Source: an uncultured Oscillospiraceae bacterium (GTDB lineage: Bacteria > Bacillota > Clostridia > Oscillospirales > Acutalibacteraceae). Taken from it: a stretch of 64,000 bases of DNA. The translations under genes were made by a program, and so were the position numbers. Shown one piece after another: positions 47,082-57,289 of this stretch (position 1 is the first letter of the stretch; each line of letters starts with the position of its first letter). The stretch is taken from NCBI GenBank assembly GCA_902492045.1, contig CABUKB010000008.1:7720-71719 (forward strand). Reading direction: 5' to 3'. The notes under the pieces were generated by a model. The model was given only the letters and a program-made list of their open reading frames with translations. It made no database searches and was not told the DNA's origin.

Positions 47082-47400
47082 GGAGATGGCCGTTTTTTAT
47101 GAGGCGGTTTACCGCCTTGTGGCGCAGATACCGTCAGGCCATGTGGCGACATACGGCCAGCTCGCCTGGATGCTGCATGCCCCTCGCTGGGCCAGACAGG
47201 TTGGGCGTGCGATGCGTTTAGCGCCCGGCGGCCGGGTTCTGCCCTGTCATCGAGTGGTCAATGGACAAGGACGTTTGGTTCCGGGATGGCAAGAACAGCG
47301 CTGGCTTCTTGAACAGGAAGGGGTGGATTTTCGGGAAAACGGCTGTGTCGATCTGAAGCGTCACCGATGGAAGCCGGATATGGAATTTATAAACGGTTAG
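47074..47400 (+). CDS. MGMT-family protein (stand-alone methylated-DNA-protein-cysteine methyltransferase DNA-binding domain)
   Basis: IPSGHVATYGQLA and the active-site PCHRVV. Its start overlaps the lysA stop by 8 nt. Confidence 0.8.
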   Translation: MSEEMAVFYEAVYRLVAQIPSGHVATYGQLAWMLHAPRWARQVGRAMRLAPGGRVLPCHRVVNGQGRLVPGWQEQRWLLEQEGVDFRENGCVDLKRHRWKPDMEFING

Positions 47401-47425
47401 CCCTGCATGAAAGGAGTGCGCGTCT

Positions 47426-47929
47426 ATGAAACGCTTGAGTTTGATCCTCTCTCTTTTACTGATCCCACTGATGCTGTCGGCGTGCCAGAGCGAGCCAGCC
47501 GAGCCGGCTTCGAGCGCAGAGGAAACGCTGCCCGAAATTACCGAGCCTACCTTTGTCAGTCTGGATTTGGAGACGCTGCTGACGGCGGAAGACGTATCGC
47601 AAACGCTGGGGAAGACCGTCGCAGGGCCGGAGATCTATTATGAGGATGCCGCCATGATGCGGTTCACCGCTGAGGACGGGCAGTATATCGACGTTATGGT
47701 TGCGGATGCGACCCGCACCGATTTTGAAAACATGATTCAGGGCTATACCGATCTCACCGAAGCGCCGAATCTGGGAGAATCCGGTTATTGGAGTGAAGAA
47801 TCGTCGACGCTGGTGGTGTACCAGACGCCCTATATGCTGGGTGCCGTGGTCGGATTCTCCGGTGAAGCGGATGACAAACTGGTGATGGCGCGGGAGATGA
47901 TGACCCTGGTGATGCAGAAACTGCCTTGA
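47426..47929 (+). CDS. lipoprotein, hypothetical
   Basis: Signal peptide with a lipobox (LIPLMLSAC). AAAGGAG RBS. I recognise no domain. Confidence 0.65.
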   Translation: MKRLSLILSLLLIPLMLSACQSEPAEPASSAEETLPEITEPTFVSLDLETLLTAEDVSQTLGKTVAGPEIYYEDAAMMRFTAEDGQYIDVMVADATRTDFENMIQGYTDLTEAPNLGESGYWSEESSTLVVYQTPYMLGAVVGFSGEADDKLVMAREMMTLVMQKLP

Positions 47930-48068
47930 CGCGGTTTTTTGGTTGTGGCGCATCGAACTGCCGTGCCGGACGGACTGACAGGGACGGAAATTCGGCCGGA
48001 GAGACAGTTGGTAAAAAACAAAACGCAGACATTTTACGAGACCTCAGTGCGAAATATGTTGTCTTCTC

Positions 48069-48097
48069 TTGATTTTAGGAACGGCATCTTATATAAT
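48069..48097 (+). promoter_or_regulatory. promoter TTGATT-17 nt-TATAAT
   Basis: TTGATT at 48069-48074 and TATAAT at 48092-48097. The inverted repeat AGGAAC (48077) / GTTCCT (48104) brackets the -10. Confidence 0.65.
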
Positions 48098-48146
48098 AAT
48101 ATTGTTCCTGTCTAGAAACGATTTGGAATTGTTGGGAGAGATTTGT

Positions 48147-48962
48147 GTGAAACGGTTTGCAAAGTTTATTGCTGTTGGTTTGGCTATGATTTTGGCGGCG
48201 GGTTCTTTGGCCGCTTGCGGCGGCAATCCAGATACTGGTTCTCCGTCGCTCGAATCGAATGGAAGCACGGAAGCGGACCCCGTTAAATTGGATCTTGTCA
48301 AAGAGGGGACGCTGGTCATGGGGACCAACGCCGAGTTTCCGCCCTTTGAGTATAAGGAAGGTACCGGCTTCGCGGGGATTGATGTGGATTTGATGCGTGC
48401 CGTAGCGGAGAAGTTGGGCCTTGAACTCGAAGTCGAAGACATGGCCTTTGAATCGCTGACGCAGTCTTTTGGCCGAATTGATGTGATCGCCGCCGGTTTT
48501 ACGATTGATCCTACAAGGGAAGCAACCTGTGATTTTTCTGATACATATTTCAACGCCACGCAGACGGTTATTCTGAAAGCGGACAGCACCATTGCAACGC
48601 TGGAGGATCTCGAAGGCAAAAAAATCGGCGTTCAGACCGGCACCACCGGTAAAGATAAGGCGGCGGAAATCACCGACGCGGCCAATATTACCCAATACAA
48701 CAATGGTTCGCTGGCAGTTGAAGCACTGGTCAACGGGCAGATTGATGCGGTGATTATCGACCAAAACCCGGCGATGGCCTATAAAGACCAGCACGGCGAT
48801 ATCCTTAAACTGCTCGAGAACCTGTTTGATGAAGAAGAGTACGCACTGGCTGTGAAAAAGGGAAACAAGGAACTTCTCGAGGCGATCAATCAGGCTCTCA
48901 AGGAACTGAAAGAAGACGGCACCTTCGACCGGATTGTCGAGAAATACATCCCGAGCAAATAA
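48147..48962 (+). CDS. amino acid ABC transporter substrate-binding lipoprotein
   Basis: Signal peptide and lipobox LAACGG, and a family-3 SBP pattern (GTNAEFPPFEY...GIDVDL...GFTI). GTG start at 48147 after GGGAGAG. The track start at 48069 lies inside the promoter. Confidence 0.9.
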   Translation: MKRFAKFIAVGLAMILAAGSLAACGGNPDTGSPSLESNGSTEADPVKLDLVKEGTLVMGTNAEFPPFEYKEGTGFAGIDVDLMRAVAEKLGLELEVEDMAFESLTQSFGRIDVIAAGFTIDPTREATCDFSDTYFNATQTVILKADSTIATLEDLEGKKIGVQTGTTGKDKAAEITDAANITQYNNGSLAVEALVNGQIDAVIIDQNPAMAYKDQHGDILKLLENLFDEEEYALAVKKGNKELLEAINQALKELKEDGTFDRIVEKYIPSK

Positions 48963-48976
48963 TGACTGAAATGGAA

Positions 48977-49010
48977 AAAGCCGGCTGATTCCTATGGCCG
49001 GCTTTTCTCT
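48977..49010 (+). terminator. intra-operon hairpin/terminator after the binding-protein gene
   Basis: AAAGCCGGC...GCCGGCTTT stem followed by TCTCTGTTTT. Confidence 0.6.
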
Positions 49011-49043
49011 GTTTTCCCGATTGGAATAGAAGGAGGGACGGTC

Positions 49044-49811
49044 TTGGGGGCTGTCGTACACTGGTTCGAAAACGTGGCGGATTCCTTTTCCAACGCGATC
49101 TATGTGACCTTGATCCATGATGACCAGTATAAACAACTGCTTCGTGGGCTTGGCAAGTCCCTGGAACTGACGGCGATCGCTGCCGTAATCGGCGTGATCC
49201 TCGGTCTGTTGCTGGCGATCGCTAAATTACAGGATGTGGATAATCTGACAGGAAATCCAGTGGTGATTTGGATCCGCAAAATGGTGGCGGGTTTTGCCAA
49301 CGGATACATATCGGTCATCCGAGGAACCCCGGCTGTCGTCCAATTGATGGTGATCTATTTCATCCTCTATCTGCGGGTTCTCAATAAACTGCCGCTGTTC
49401 AATGGCCTTTCGGATGTCGTGATCGCCTCCATTGCCTTCGGGATCAACTCGAGTGCCTATGTTGCGGAGATTATCCGTGCGGGTATTTTGGCTGTGGACA
49501 AGGGACAGACAGAAGCTGGCCGTTCGCTCGGTCTCTCTGGGGGGGCGACAATGATTCATATCGTCATTCCCCAAGCAGTTAAGAATGTGTTGCCGGCCCT
49601 TGGAAACGAATTTATTGTTTTGCTGAAAGAAACCTCGGTTGCGGGTTATATCGGAATTGCTGATCTGACCAAGGGCGCTCAGTCGGTGGGAAGTGTGACC
49701 TACAATTATATTGTCCCGCTTCTTTGCGCGGCGTATATCTATTTTCTGATGACCACCGTGCTCTCCACCGGATTGAATGCTCTGGAAAGGCGGTTGCGTA
49801 GAAGTGATTGA
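49044..49811 (+). CDS. amino acid ABC transporter permease
   Basis: HisM/GlnP-type permease with an EAA-like loop ([24 protein letters not shown]). TTG start 6 nt after AAGGAGGG. Confidence 0.9.
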   Translation: MGAVVHWFENVADSFSNAIYVTLIHDDQYKQLLRGLGKSLELTAIAAVIGVILGLLLAIAKLQDVDNLTGNPVVIWIRKMVAGFANGYISVIRGTPAVVQLMVIYFILYLRVLNKLPLFNGLSDVVIASIAFGINSSAYVAEIIRAGILAVDKGQTEAGRSLGLSGGATMIHIVIPQAVKNVLPALGNEFIVLLKETSVAGYIGIADLTKGAQSVGSVTYNYIVPLLCAAYIYFLMTTVLSTGLNALERRLRRSD

Positions 49812-50526
49812 TGTACAGAATCTTCACAAATATTTTGGCGAATTGGAAGTTTTAAAAGGGATCGACGCTCATGTGAACAAGGGCGAATGTGTCTGTGTGA
49901 TCGGCCCGTCCGGAGGCGGCAAGTCGACTTTCCTGCGGTGTATCAATCTTTTAGAAATCCCCACAAAGGGCGATATCGTCATTGAAGGGATTTCCGTGAT
50001 GCAAAATCTGCGTCAGATTGATAAACTGCGTCAAAAAGTAGGGATGGTATTCCAGCAATTTAACCTTTTTCCCCATATGACCGTCCTGCGTAATATCACT
50101 TTGGCACCGACTAAGATCAAAAAAATGTCCCAGAATGAGGCAGACGAGCTGGCGATGGAACTGTTGAACAGGGTGGGACTGTCGGATAAGGCACAGGAAT
50201 ATCCAAGCCGTTTGTCCGGTGGGCAAAAGCAACGGGTAGCCATTGCACGGGCTTTGGCAATGGATCCGGATGTGCTGTTGTTTGACGAGCCGACTTCGGC
50301 ACTCGATCCCGAAATGGTGGGGGAAGTGCTGGAAGTTATGAAGCAGTTGGCTAAAAATAATGCCACTATGGTGGTGGTTACGCATGAGATGGGATTTGCC
50401 CGTGAGGTAGGGGATACCATTTTCTTCATAGACGGCGGTATAATCACCGAAAAGGGAACCCCCGGCGAGTTGTTCGGCCATCCGCAGCACGCCCGGACAA
50501 AAGAGTTTCTGTCCAAAGTGCTGTGA
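49804..50526 (+). CDS. amino acid ABC transporter ATP-binding protein
   Basis: Walker [10 protein letters not shown], signature [15 protein letters not shown] and Walker [12 protein letters not shown]. The GTG at 49804 overlaps the permease stop. Confidence 0.93.
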   Translation: MIDVQNLHKYFGELEVLKGIDAHVNKGECVCVIGPSGGGKSTFLRCINLLEIPTKGDIVIEGISVMQNLRQIDKLRQKVGMVFQQFNLFPHMTVLRNITLAPTKIKKMSQNEADELAMELLNRVGLSDKAQEYPSRLSGGQKQRVAIARALAMDPDVLLFDEPTSALDPEMVGEVLEVMKQLAKNNATMVVVTHEMGFAREVGDTIFFIDGGIITEKGTPGELFGHPQHARTKEFLSKVL

Positions 50527-50538
50527 GGAGGGATAAGC

Positions 50539-51192
50539 ATGAAAACCGCGTTGTTTATCTATATCTTGTTGGGTGTTCTCTCCATTGTCCCCCTGATTAT
50601 TTTTAACATAAGAAAGATTTGGGTCAAGCGCCCGCCGGATCCAGTCCGATTCAAACCGGTTCGGTTTGGGGTGATTCTGGTAATTTGTCTGTTTATCGGA
50701 ACATTTTTAACGGTGTCCTATCAAATGACAATGAAGAACCGATTTGAAATTTTCCTTGAGAAAGTGGCGACGGAGCACAGTAAGGTGCTGGTCGGCGATC
50801 AGTCTTGGGAGGATTTCCGGTCCTTTATTCTTGAAAACGGGGCGGACGGCGTTGAGGAAAGCCTGAATGCCACTCCAGTCTCGGAGCCGGTCAAAGGATT
50901 GCGTGAGGTATGCTTTCAGATTAGTAAAGAATACACGCCGAAATACTGGAACGGAGAAGAGGGTTTTGCTTCAGTTGAAAACGTGGAAGATAACAATCCT
51001 CGCTATCTGATGTACAAACTGGTATATGAAAATGAGACACGTTTCTATGCTTTCCGTCTCCGCCGGACGGGAGAGGAGTGGCAAATCGAGTGGTTCGGCG
51101 AAGCCAATGAAATTCAGCAAAAGAAGATCAGCATGCCCTCTGAAGTCAACGGCAAGTGGTTCACGGTGAAAGCCTCCGGAAAAGCGGGTTAA
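50539..51192 (+). CDS. membrane protein, hypothetical (2 TM plus a soluble C-terminal domain)
   Basis: The 217-aa ORF lies 12 nt after the ABC ATPase stop and has two N-terminal hydrophobic helices. I recognise no motifs. Confidence 0.55.
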   Translation: MKTALFIYILLGVLSIVPLIIFNIRKIWVKRPPDPVRFKPVRFGVILVICLFIGTFLTVSYQMTMKNRFEIFLEKVATEHSKVLVGDQSWEDFRSFILENGADGVEESLNATPVSEPVKGLREVCFQISKEYTPKYWNGEEGFASVENVEDNNPRYLMYKLVYENETRFYAFRLRRTGEEWQIEWFGEANEIQQKKISMPSEVNGKWFTVKASGKAG

Positions 51193-51449
51193 ATCGAATT
51201 GTCAGAACATCCTTCGATGGAATGAAAGTTGAAATGCGGTTATCCAGACGGTAGACAGTGGCTGCCGGACGGCTATTCTGCACTCTTTTCCGGAAAAAGA
51301 CGAACCAAGGCTGCTGATGAAATTGAGAAATTTTCCACCCGGCTTCCTTGTATAGGGGTCGGGTTTTTGGTATACTAAACGCATGAGGCGTATCTCCGGG
51401 TTCGGCGGGGAAAACAGTTCATCGCCGCGAAAGGAAAGGATATCACAAC

Positions 51450-53666
51450 ATGACGGAATTCAAACCGGGTATTTGGAAAAAGATGGTCGATGTGCGGGAT
51501 TTTATCGCCTGCAACGTGACCCCGTACGATGGAGACGAGAGTTTTCTTGTTCCCCCGACACAGCGGACCCAGGCGCTGTGGAACAAGGTCGCGGCTTTGA
51601 TGAAAGAAGAACGAGATCGCGGCGGGGTTTATGACATTGATACCCATACCATATCGGGGATTGACGCGTATGAGCCCGGATATATCGACAAGGACAAGGA
51701 GCAGATTGTCGGACTGCAGACCGCCGCACCCCTGACGCGGGCGATTATGCCCTTCGGGGGAATCCGAATGGTCCGGAATTCGCTGGAGGCCTACGGCCGC
51801 AAGATGGATCCGGAAATGGAAAAGGTCTTTCAATACCGCAAAACCCATAACGACGGCGTATTCGATGTGTATACGCCACAGATGCGGGCTGCCCGAAAAT
51901 CCGGGGTGATCACGGGGCTTCCCGACGCCTACGGCCGTGGGCGGATCATCGGGGACTACCGCCGCGTCGCCCTTTACGGTGTGGATATGCTGATTCGGGA
52001 AAAACAGCAATCGAAGGATGCGGCGGATTATCCGGTGATGGATTCCCGGGAGATCCGGCTTCGGGAGGAACTGGCCGAGCAGATCCGGTCGCTTGAAGCC
52101 CTGAAGCGGATGGCAGCGGGATACGGATTTGATATTGGCCGGCCGGCCGAAGATACAAAAGAAGCCATTCAATGGCTCTATTTCGGCTATCTTGCCGCCA
52201 TCAAAGAACAAAACGGAGCCGCTATGTCTATCGGCAGAATTTCAACTTTCCTCGATATTTACGCGCAGCGGGATCTCGCCGACGGGCGGTATACCGAGGA
52301 GGACATTCAGGAATTCGTTGATCACTTTGTCATGAAACTGCGGCTCGTGCGTTTCCTGCGTACGCCGTCGTATGATGAACTGTTTTCCGGCGACCCCACC
52401 TGGGTGACGGAATCCATCGGAGGATTGTCCACCGATGGACGGCATTTGGTTACAAAGATGTCCTTCCGGTTTCTCCATACCTTGACCAATCTGGGCCCGG
52501 CCCCCGAACCCAATATGACGGTGCTGTGGAGTCCCCGCCTGCCGGAAGGATTTAAAAAATACTGTGCCAAGATGTCCATCGAAACCTGTTCCATTCAGTA
52601 TGAAAGCGACGAGCTGATGCGCAAAAAATTTGGGGATGACTATGGCATCGCCTGCTGCGTCTCGGCCATGAGGATCGGCAAACAGATGCAGTTTTTCGGC
52701 GCCAGGGCCAATCTCGCCAAAGCCTTGCTCTATGCCATCAACGGCGGCCGGGACGAAAAGACCGGAGTACAGGTCGGCCCTGAACTGCTTGCCTGCCGGG
52801 GCAAATACCTCGATTACGACGACGTGATGAAGAAATTTGATGCGATTCTGGACTGGCTCGCCAGCCTTTACGTCAATACCCTCAACGTCATCCACTATAT
52901 GCACGACAAATATTGCTATGAAAAGATCCAGATGGCCCTGCATGACAACGAGGTCCTGCGCACCATGGCGTGCGGTGTGGCCGGACTGTCGGTGGTGGCT
53001 GATTCCCTGTCCGCTATTCGATATGCAAAAGTGCGGCCTGTCCGGGATGAAACGGGACTGGCGGTGGACTTTGAGGTGGAAGGGGATTACCCGAAATTCG
53101 GCAATCACGACCCGCGGGTGGACGATCTGGCGGTGGACGTGGTCAAGCTCTTTATGAATAAACTCAAAAAGTGCCCCACCTATCGCGAGAGTATCCACAC
53201 CATGTCCATTCTCACCATAACCTCCAATGTGGTTTACGGCAAAAAAACCGGTTCGACGCCGGACGGACGGAAGGCGGGGGAGCCTTTTGCCCCCGGTGCC
53301 AATCCGATGCACGGCCGGGACAGCCACGGCTGTGTGGCCTCTATGATGTCGGTGGCGAAACTCCCTTACGATTATGCGGAAGACGGGATCAGTTATACCT
53401 TCTCCATCGTTCCATCCGCTCTGGGACAGGATCGGGAGGAGCAGGCGGAAAATCTGGTTGGCCTGATGGACGGCTATTTCGAGGAGGGCGGCCATCATAT
53501 CAACGTCAATGTTCTCAACCGCGAGGTTCTTCTCGACGCAATGGACCATCCCGAGCTTTATCCGCAGTTGACCATCCGGGTGTCGGGCTATGCCGTCAAT
53601 TTCATCAAACTGACGCGGGAACAACAGCTCGATGTCATCCACCGCACCTTCCACACCCGGTTTTAA
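51450..53666 (+). CDS. pflB: formate C-acetyltransferase (pyruvate formate-lyase)
   Basis: Catalytic CC (GIACCVSA) and the glycyl-radical motif TIRVSGYAV near the C-terminus; 738 aa. Confidence 0.97.
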   Translation: MTEFKPGIWKKMVDVRDFIACNVTPYDGDESFLVPPTQRTQALWNKVAALMKEERDRGGVYDIDTHTISGIDAYEPGYIDKDKEQIVGLQTAAPLTRAIMPFGGIRMVRNSLEAYGRKMDPEMEKVFQYRKTHNDGVFDVYTPQMRAARKSGVITGLPDAYGRGRIIGDYRRVALYGVDMLIREKQQSKDAADYPVMDSREIRLREELAEQIRSLEALKRMAAGYGFDIGRPAEDTKEAIQWLYFGYLAAIKEQNGAAMSIGRISTFLDIYAQRDLADGRYTEEDIQEFVDHFVMKLRLVRFLRTPSYDELFSGDPTWVTESIGGLSTDGRHLVTKMSFRFLHTLTNLGPAPEPNMTVLWSPRLPEGFKKYCAKMSIETCSIQYESDELMRKKFGDDYGIACCVSAMRIGKQMQFFGARANLAKALLYAINGGRDEKTGVQVGPELLACRGKYLDYDDVMKKFDAILDWLASLYVNTLNVIHYMHDKYCYEKIQMALHDNEVLRTMACGVAGLSVVADSLSAIRYAKVRPVRDETGLAVDFEVEGDYPKFGNHDPRVDDLAVDVVKLFMNKLKKCPTYRESIHTMSILTITSNVVYGKKTGSTPDGRKAGEPFAPGANPMHGRDSHGCVASMMSVAKLPYDYAEDGISYTFSIVPSALGQDREEQAENLVGLMDGYFEEGGHHINVNVLNREVLLDAMDHPELYPQLTIRVSGYAVNFIKLTREQQLDVIHRTFHTRF

Positions 53667-53700
53667 GCATTAGGCTGACGGTGGAGGAAGGGGCGGCGGT

Positions 53701-54429
53701 ATGGAAAATGTGATGGGCCGGGTCCATTCGGTGGAAAGTTTCGGGACCCTGGACGGCCCGGGTATCCGGTATGTGCTGTTTTTGCAGGGTTGCCCCATGC
53801 GCTGTGCCTTTTGCCATAATCCCGATTCCTGGGACGTGCAGGGGGGAGAGAAGGTCGGTTCAAAAGATGTGGTGGCGGACATTCTGCGTTACCGCAATTT
53901 TATCCGAAAGGGCGGGGTGACGCTCTCGGGCGGGGAACCGTTTATGCAGCCGGAGTTCTCCGCCTCCATACTGGAAGGGTGCCATGAAAACGGGCTGCAC
54001 ACCGCCGTGGATACCGCAGGGTCCATGTCCCTCATCCACTGCCGAAAAGCGGTGGACCGGGCGGATCTGCTTTTGCTGGATATCAAGGCGGCGAAAGACG
54101 GCCTGTTCCGTAAAATCACCGGCCGGGGGATGGACAATACCCTCGAATTGCTCAACCACTGTGAAAACGTCAGAAAACCGGTGTGGATCCGGCATGTGCT
54201 GGTGCCGGGCCTGACCGACGGAAAGGACGATCTTTGTGCCCTGGGGGTATTGTTGTCCCGCTATGCCTGCGTTGAACGGGTCGAACTCCTTCCTTTTCAC
54301 AAGATGGGCGAATATAAGTGGGAAGCATTGGGGGCCCCTTATACCCTGAAAGATACCCCGGCCGCCGATGCAAAGGATATCGAGCGGGCCCGACAGATTT
54401 TAAAAGCCTACGGGTTGAAAGTCAAATAG
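53701..54429 (+). CDS. pflA: pyruvate formate-lyase activating enzyme (radical SAM)
   Basis: GRVHSVESFGTLDGPGIRYVLFLQGCPMRCAFCHNPD (the CxxxCxxC motif). Confidence 0.95.
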   Translation: MENVMGRVHSVESFGTLDGPGIRYVLFLQGCPMRCAFCHNPDSWDVQGGEKVGSKDVVADILRYRNFIRKGGVTLSGGEPFMQPEFSASILEGCHENGLHTAVDTAGSMSLIHCRKAVDRADLLLLDIKAAKDGLFRKITGRGMDNTLELLNHCENVRKPVWIRHVLVPGLTDGKDDLCALGVLLSRYACVERVELLPFHKMGEYKWEALGAPYTLKDTPAADAKDIERARQILKAYGLKVK

Positions 54430-54432
54430 AGA

Positions 54433-54465
54433 AGCAGCGCCGCGATGGGCGGCGCTGCTGTTTTT
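54433..54465 (+). terminator. intrinsic terminator after pflA
   Basis: AGCAGCGCCGC-gatgg-GCGGCGCTGCT perfect stem followed by gTTTTT. Confidence 0.88.
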
Positions 54466-54501
54466 ATGGCTGGCGGCAGACGGAAAGCGGGGTTCGGCCG
54501 A

Positions 54502-55104
54502 TCAATCTGCGCCGGTTTTGAATGACGGAGGATTCATGCGAAACTGCACGATCAGACCGAAGAGTGCCGCAACAGCCCCCGCACCCAAGATGATGGGCAG
54601 TGAGGTGAGGCTGAACAGGGCCAGAAGCTGCTGGGCACCCGACAATCCCCCGCCGACCGCCGTGGTACAGATAACGAAAGGACGCAGGAAACGCAAAGTC
54701 AGGGCACCCGCCGCGATGCCTGCGGCAAGGCCGACGATGAGTCCCAGCCAGGCGAATTTGTCCGGAAACAGGCCTGAAACTGCGATGAAGACGATATATA
54801 AGGCATAAAGAAACATACCGGCCCGGTAGAGCTTGAACGCCGCCACAGCCAGCAGGATACCGGTTCCAAGCCCAATCAGTATGATAAGCAAAAGGGTATA
54901 CTCATTCGTGGGCAGCAGGAGTGCAGCGATAACCGCTCCGATCATGGAGCCGATCAGGAAACCCGCGCAGACAATCCAAATCTTGCGGAGCTTGTAGCCA
55001 AAAAAACATTGAATCAGAGACAGAATTCCGCTAAATCCGAGACACAGGACCCCGATCTGGGTCTGTAACGTGTTCCATAACGCTTCGAGATTATCCATCG
55101 TCAA
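54502..55104 (-). CDS. polytopic membrane protein (DUF4203/TM7S3-like?), hypothetical
   Basis: 200 aa with about 6 glycine-rich hydrophobic helices. The family assignment is tentative. Confidence 0.6.
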   Translation of the reverse strand: MTMDNLEALWNTLQTQIGVLCLGFSGILSLIQCFFGYKLRKIWIVCAGFLIGSMIGAVIAALLLPTNEYTLLLIILIGLGTGILLAVAAFKLYRAGMFLYALYIVFIAVSGLFPDKFAWLGLIVGLAAGIAAGALTLRFLRPFVICTTAVGGGLSGAQQLLALFSLTSLPIILGAGAVAALFGLIVQFRMNPPSFKTGAD

Positions 55105-55110
55105 CCTCCT

Positions 55111-57045
55111 TCAGGCGGACGGGGGATCGCCGTACTTTTCCATATCCAAAAGGGCGGCTTCCCATTCCGTCATCTGCACTTCCAGTTGTTTCTGCGCTTC
55201 ATCCAGTTCGGCTGTGACCGACAGCAGCCGTTCGTAATCGGAGGAGACCTCGGGCTGTTCGATCTGCGAGCGGAGCGTCTTCACGGCCTTTTCCAGTTGA
55301 GCAATCGCTTCTTCTGCGCGGCGTACCCGTCCGGCGGCCTTCCGGCGTAAGGATTCCTGCTCTTTTCGCCGCTTGTACACATTTTCCCTGGCCGGTTTTT
55401 CGGCCGGTGCCGTTTCTGCGCCGGAGGAAACGGAGAACTTCTCGGCATAATCGTCGTAGTTGCCATCGACGGAGATACAGCCGTTTTCGGTCAGGCGAAG
55501 GATACGGGTGGCCATTCGATTGATAAAATAGCGGTCGTGGGAGACGATCAACAAGGTGCCGTCATAACCGGACAGGGCATCCTCAAGAGCTTCACGGGAT
55601 GCGATGTCCAAATGATTGGTGGGTTCGTCGAGCAGCAATAAGTTGTCTCGGGCGAGCATGAGTGTGAGCAGGAGAAGCCGGGCGCGTTCACCTCCGCTCA
55701 ACAAGGCGGCGGGCTTAAACACATCATCCCCTCGGAAGAGAAAGGCCGCCAAAGCACCGCGCAGTTGTGTCCCGGTCAGGGCCGGATAGGCGTCGGAAAG
55801 CTGCTCCAGAGCGGACTTTCTCCTATCTAAGCGCTCCTGGGTCTGGTCGTAGTATCCGATGGTGACTTTGGCACCGAGTTTGACCGTCCCTTGCAACGGG
55901 GACAGCCGGCCGTTGAGGATGCGCAAAAGGGTGGTTTTGCCGCATCCATTGGGACCGAGGAGAAACACCCGTTCTCCCCGGCGTACCTGGAACGAAACGT
56001 GGTCAAACAAGGGGCGGTCCGGAAATCCCATCTTCAGAGAGTCGGCGATAAGCACCTCATGGCCGCTTACCGCGGCGGCAGTGAAATCAAAATGGAGGAC
56101 ATCGGCTTCAGACTCGGGGACTTCCAAAGCCGCTTTCATCCGTTCCAGCCGTTTTTCCCGGCTCTCGGCCGCCCGAATCGACTTTTCCCGGTTCCATTGC
56201 CGGAGCAGGGCGATGTTGTCCTCCAATTTTCGGATTTCCCGGCTGGCGGTTTTAAAATGCTTTTCCGTGATCTCCCGGTCCTTCTGCCGCGCTTTGCGAT
56301 GATCGGTGTAACTGCCATTGGTCTGATACAGTTTTCCGCCCGACAGTTCCAGGGTACGGCCGGTGACTTTGTCGAGAAAGTACCGGTCATGGGAAATCAC
56401 CACCACCGCCCCGGGAAAGGCGCGAAGGAATTCTTCGAGCCATTCGACCGACCGAATATCCAGATGGTTGGTCGGTTCATCAAGAAGGAGAAGGTTGGCG
56501 TCCGACAGAAGCAGCCGGGCCATTGCGGCTTTTGAACGCTGCCCGCCGCTCAGGGAAGAGACGGGCTGCGAGAGCGCCGGTTCATCAAAACCCAGCCCCA
56601 AAAGAGCGGATTTGGCCCGGCTGCGATAGGTAAGGCCGCCGGCGTTTTCAAACCGTTCCCGCAGTGTATGCTGGCGCTCGATAAGGGCGATATCGCCGTT
56701 TTCCGGGCCGGCCAGCCGTTCGGTGACCTCCTGCAGTTCCGCCTCCATTGCCATGACGGGGGCGAACACCAGAAGGACTTCCTCGAGCAGAGGGCGGTCT
56801 CCATCCGAGCAGGCGTGCTGTTCGAGATAACCGAGCCGGACATTCTTGGCCCGGACGATACCGCCGGAATCCGGGGATAGTTCACCGGTCAGGATGCGGA
56901 ACAGGGTGGTCTTGCCGCAGCCGTTGGCGCCCACCAGGCCGATTTTGTCCCGGTCCCCGATATCGAAGGTCACGCCGTCGAACAGACGCCGTTCTCCAAA
57001 ATGCTTTTCGATGTTTTGCACTGATAATGAAGCCATGTCCTTCAA
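55111..57045 (-). CDS. ABC-F family ATPase (two NBDs plus a C-terminal coiled coil)
   Basis: Two Walker A motifs (GANGCGKTT, GPNGCGKTT), two signatures (LSGGQRSKAAMARLL, LSGGERARLLL), no TM domain and a C-terminal coiled coil. Confidence 0.93.
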   Translation of the reverse strand: MKDMASLSVQNIEKHFGERRLFDGVTFDIGDRDKIGLVGANGCGKTTLFRILTGELSPDSGGIVRAKNVRLGYLEQHACSDGDRPLLEEVLLVFAPVMAMEAELQEVTERLAGPENGDIALIERQHTLRERFENAGGLTYRSRAKSALLGLGFDEPALSQPVSSLSGGQRSKAAMARLLLSDANLLLLDEPTNHLDIRSVEWLEEFLRAFPGAVVVISHDRYFLDKVTGRTLELSGGKLYQTNGSYTDHRKARQKDREITEKHFKTASREIRKLEDNIALLRQWNREKSIRAAESREKRLERMKAALEVPESEADVLHFDFTAAAVSGHEVLIADSLKMGFPDRPLFDHVSFQVRRGERVFLLGPNGCGKTTLLRILNGRLSPLQGTVKLGAKVTIGYYDQTQERLDRRKSALEQLSDAYPALTGTQLRGALAAFLFRGDDVFKPAALLSGGERARLLLLTLMLARDNLLLLDEPTNHLDIASREALEDALSGYDGTLLIVSHDRYFINRMATRILRLTENGCISVDGNYDDYAEKFSVSSGAETAPAEKPARENVYKRRKEQESLRRKAAGRVRRAEEAIAQLEKAVKTLRSQIEQPEVSSDYERLLSVTAELDEAQKQLEVQMTEWEAALLDMEKYGDPPSA

Positions 57046-57289
57046 AATCCTTTTGTCTCAGATTCAGCCGTATTCCGTCCCCTGACCGCCGCCCGGGGAG
57101 CCTGTCTCCGGGCGCACCGAAGCGGAAACCCGAACACCCCACTTATTGTACCATACGCGGTCCCTGAAGTAAATGACTGGTCCAAAATTTCAAGGAGGGT
57201 ATCCCATACGCTTTTATTCGATGGGACTGGCGGCCGTCGCCATTTTCTGTTATACTACGATTGATCCAGGTGCGAAAGGGGAGACGGGT

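Noticed and set aside
52242-53654. A 470-aa minus-strand ORF.
   Set aside because: It is antisense to pflB and is a shadow frame.
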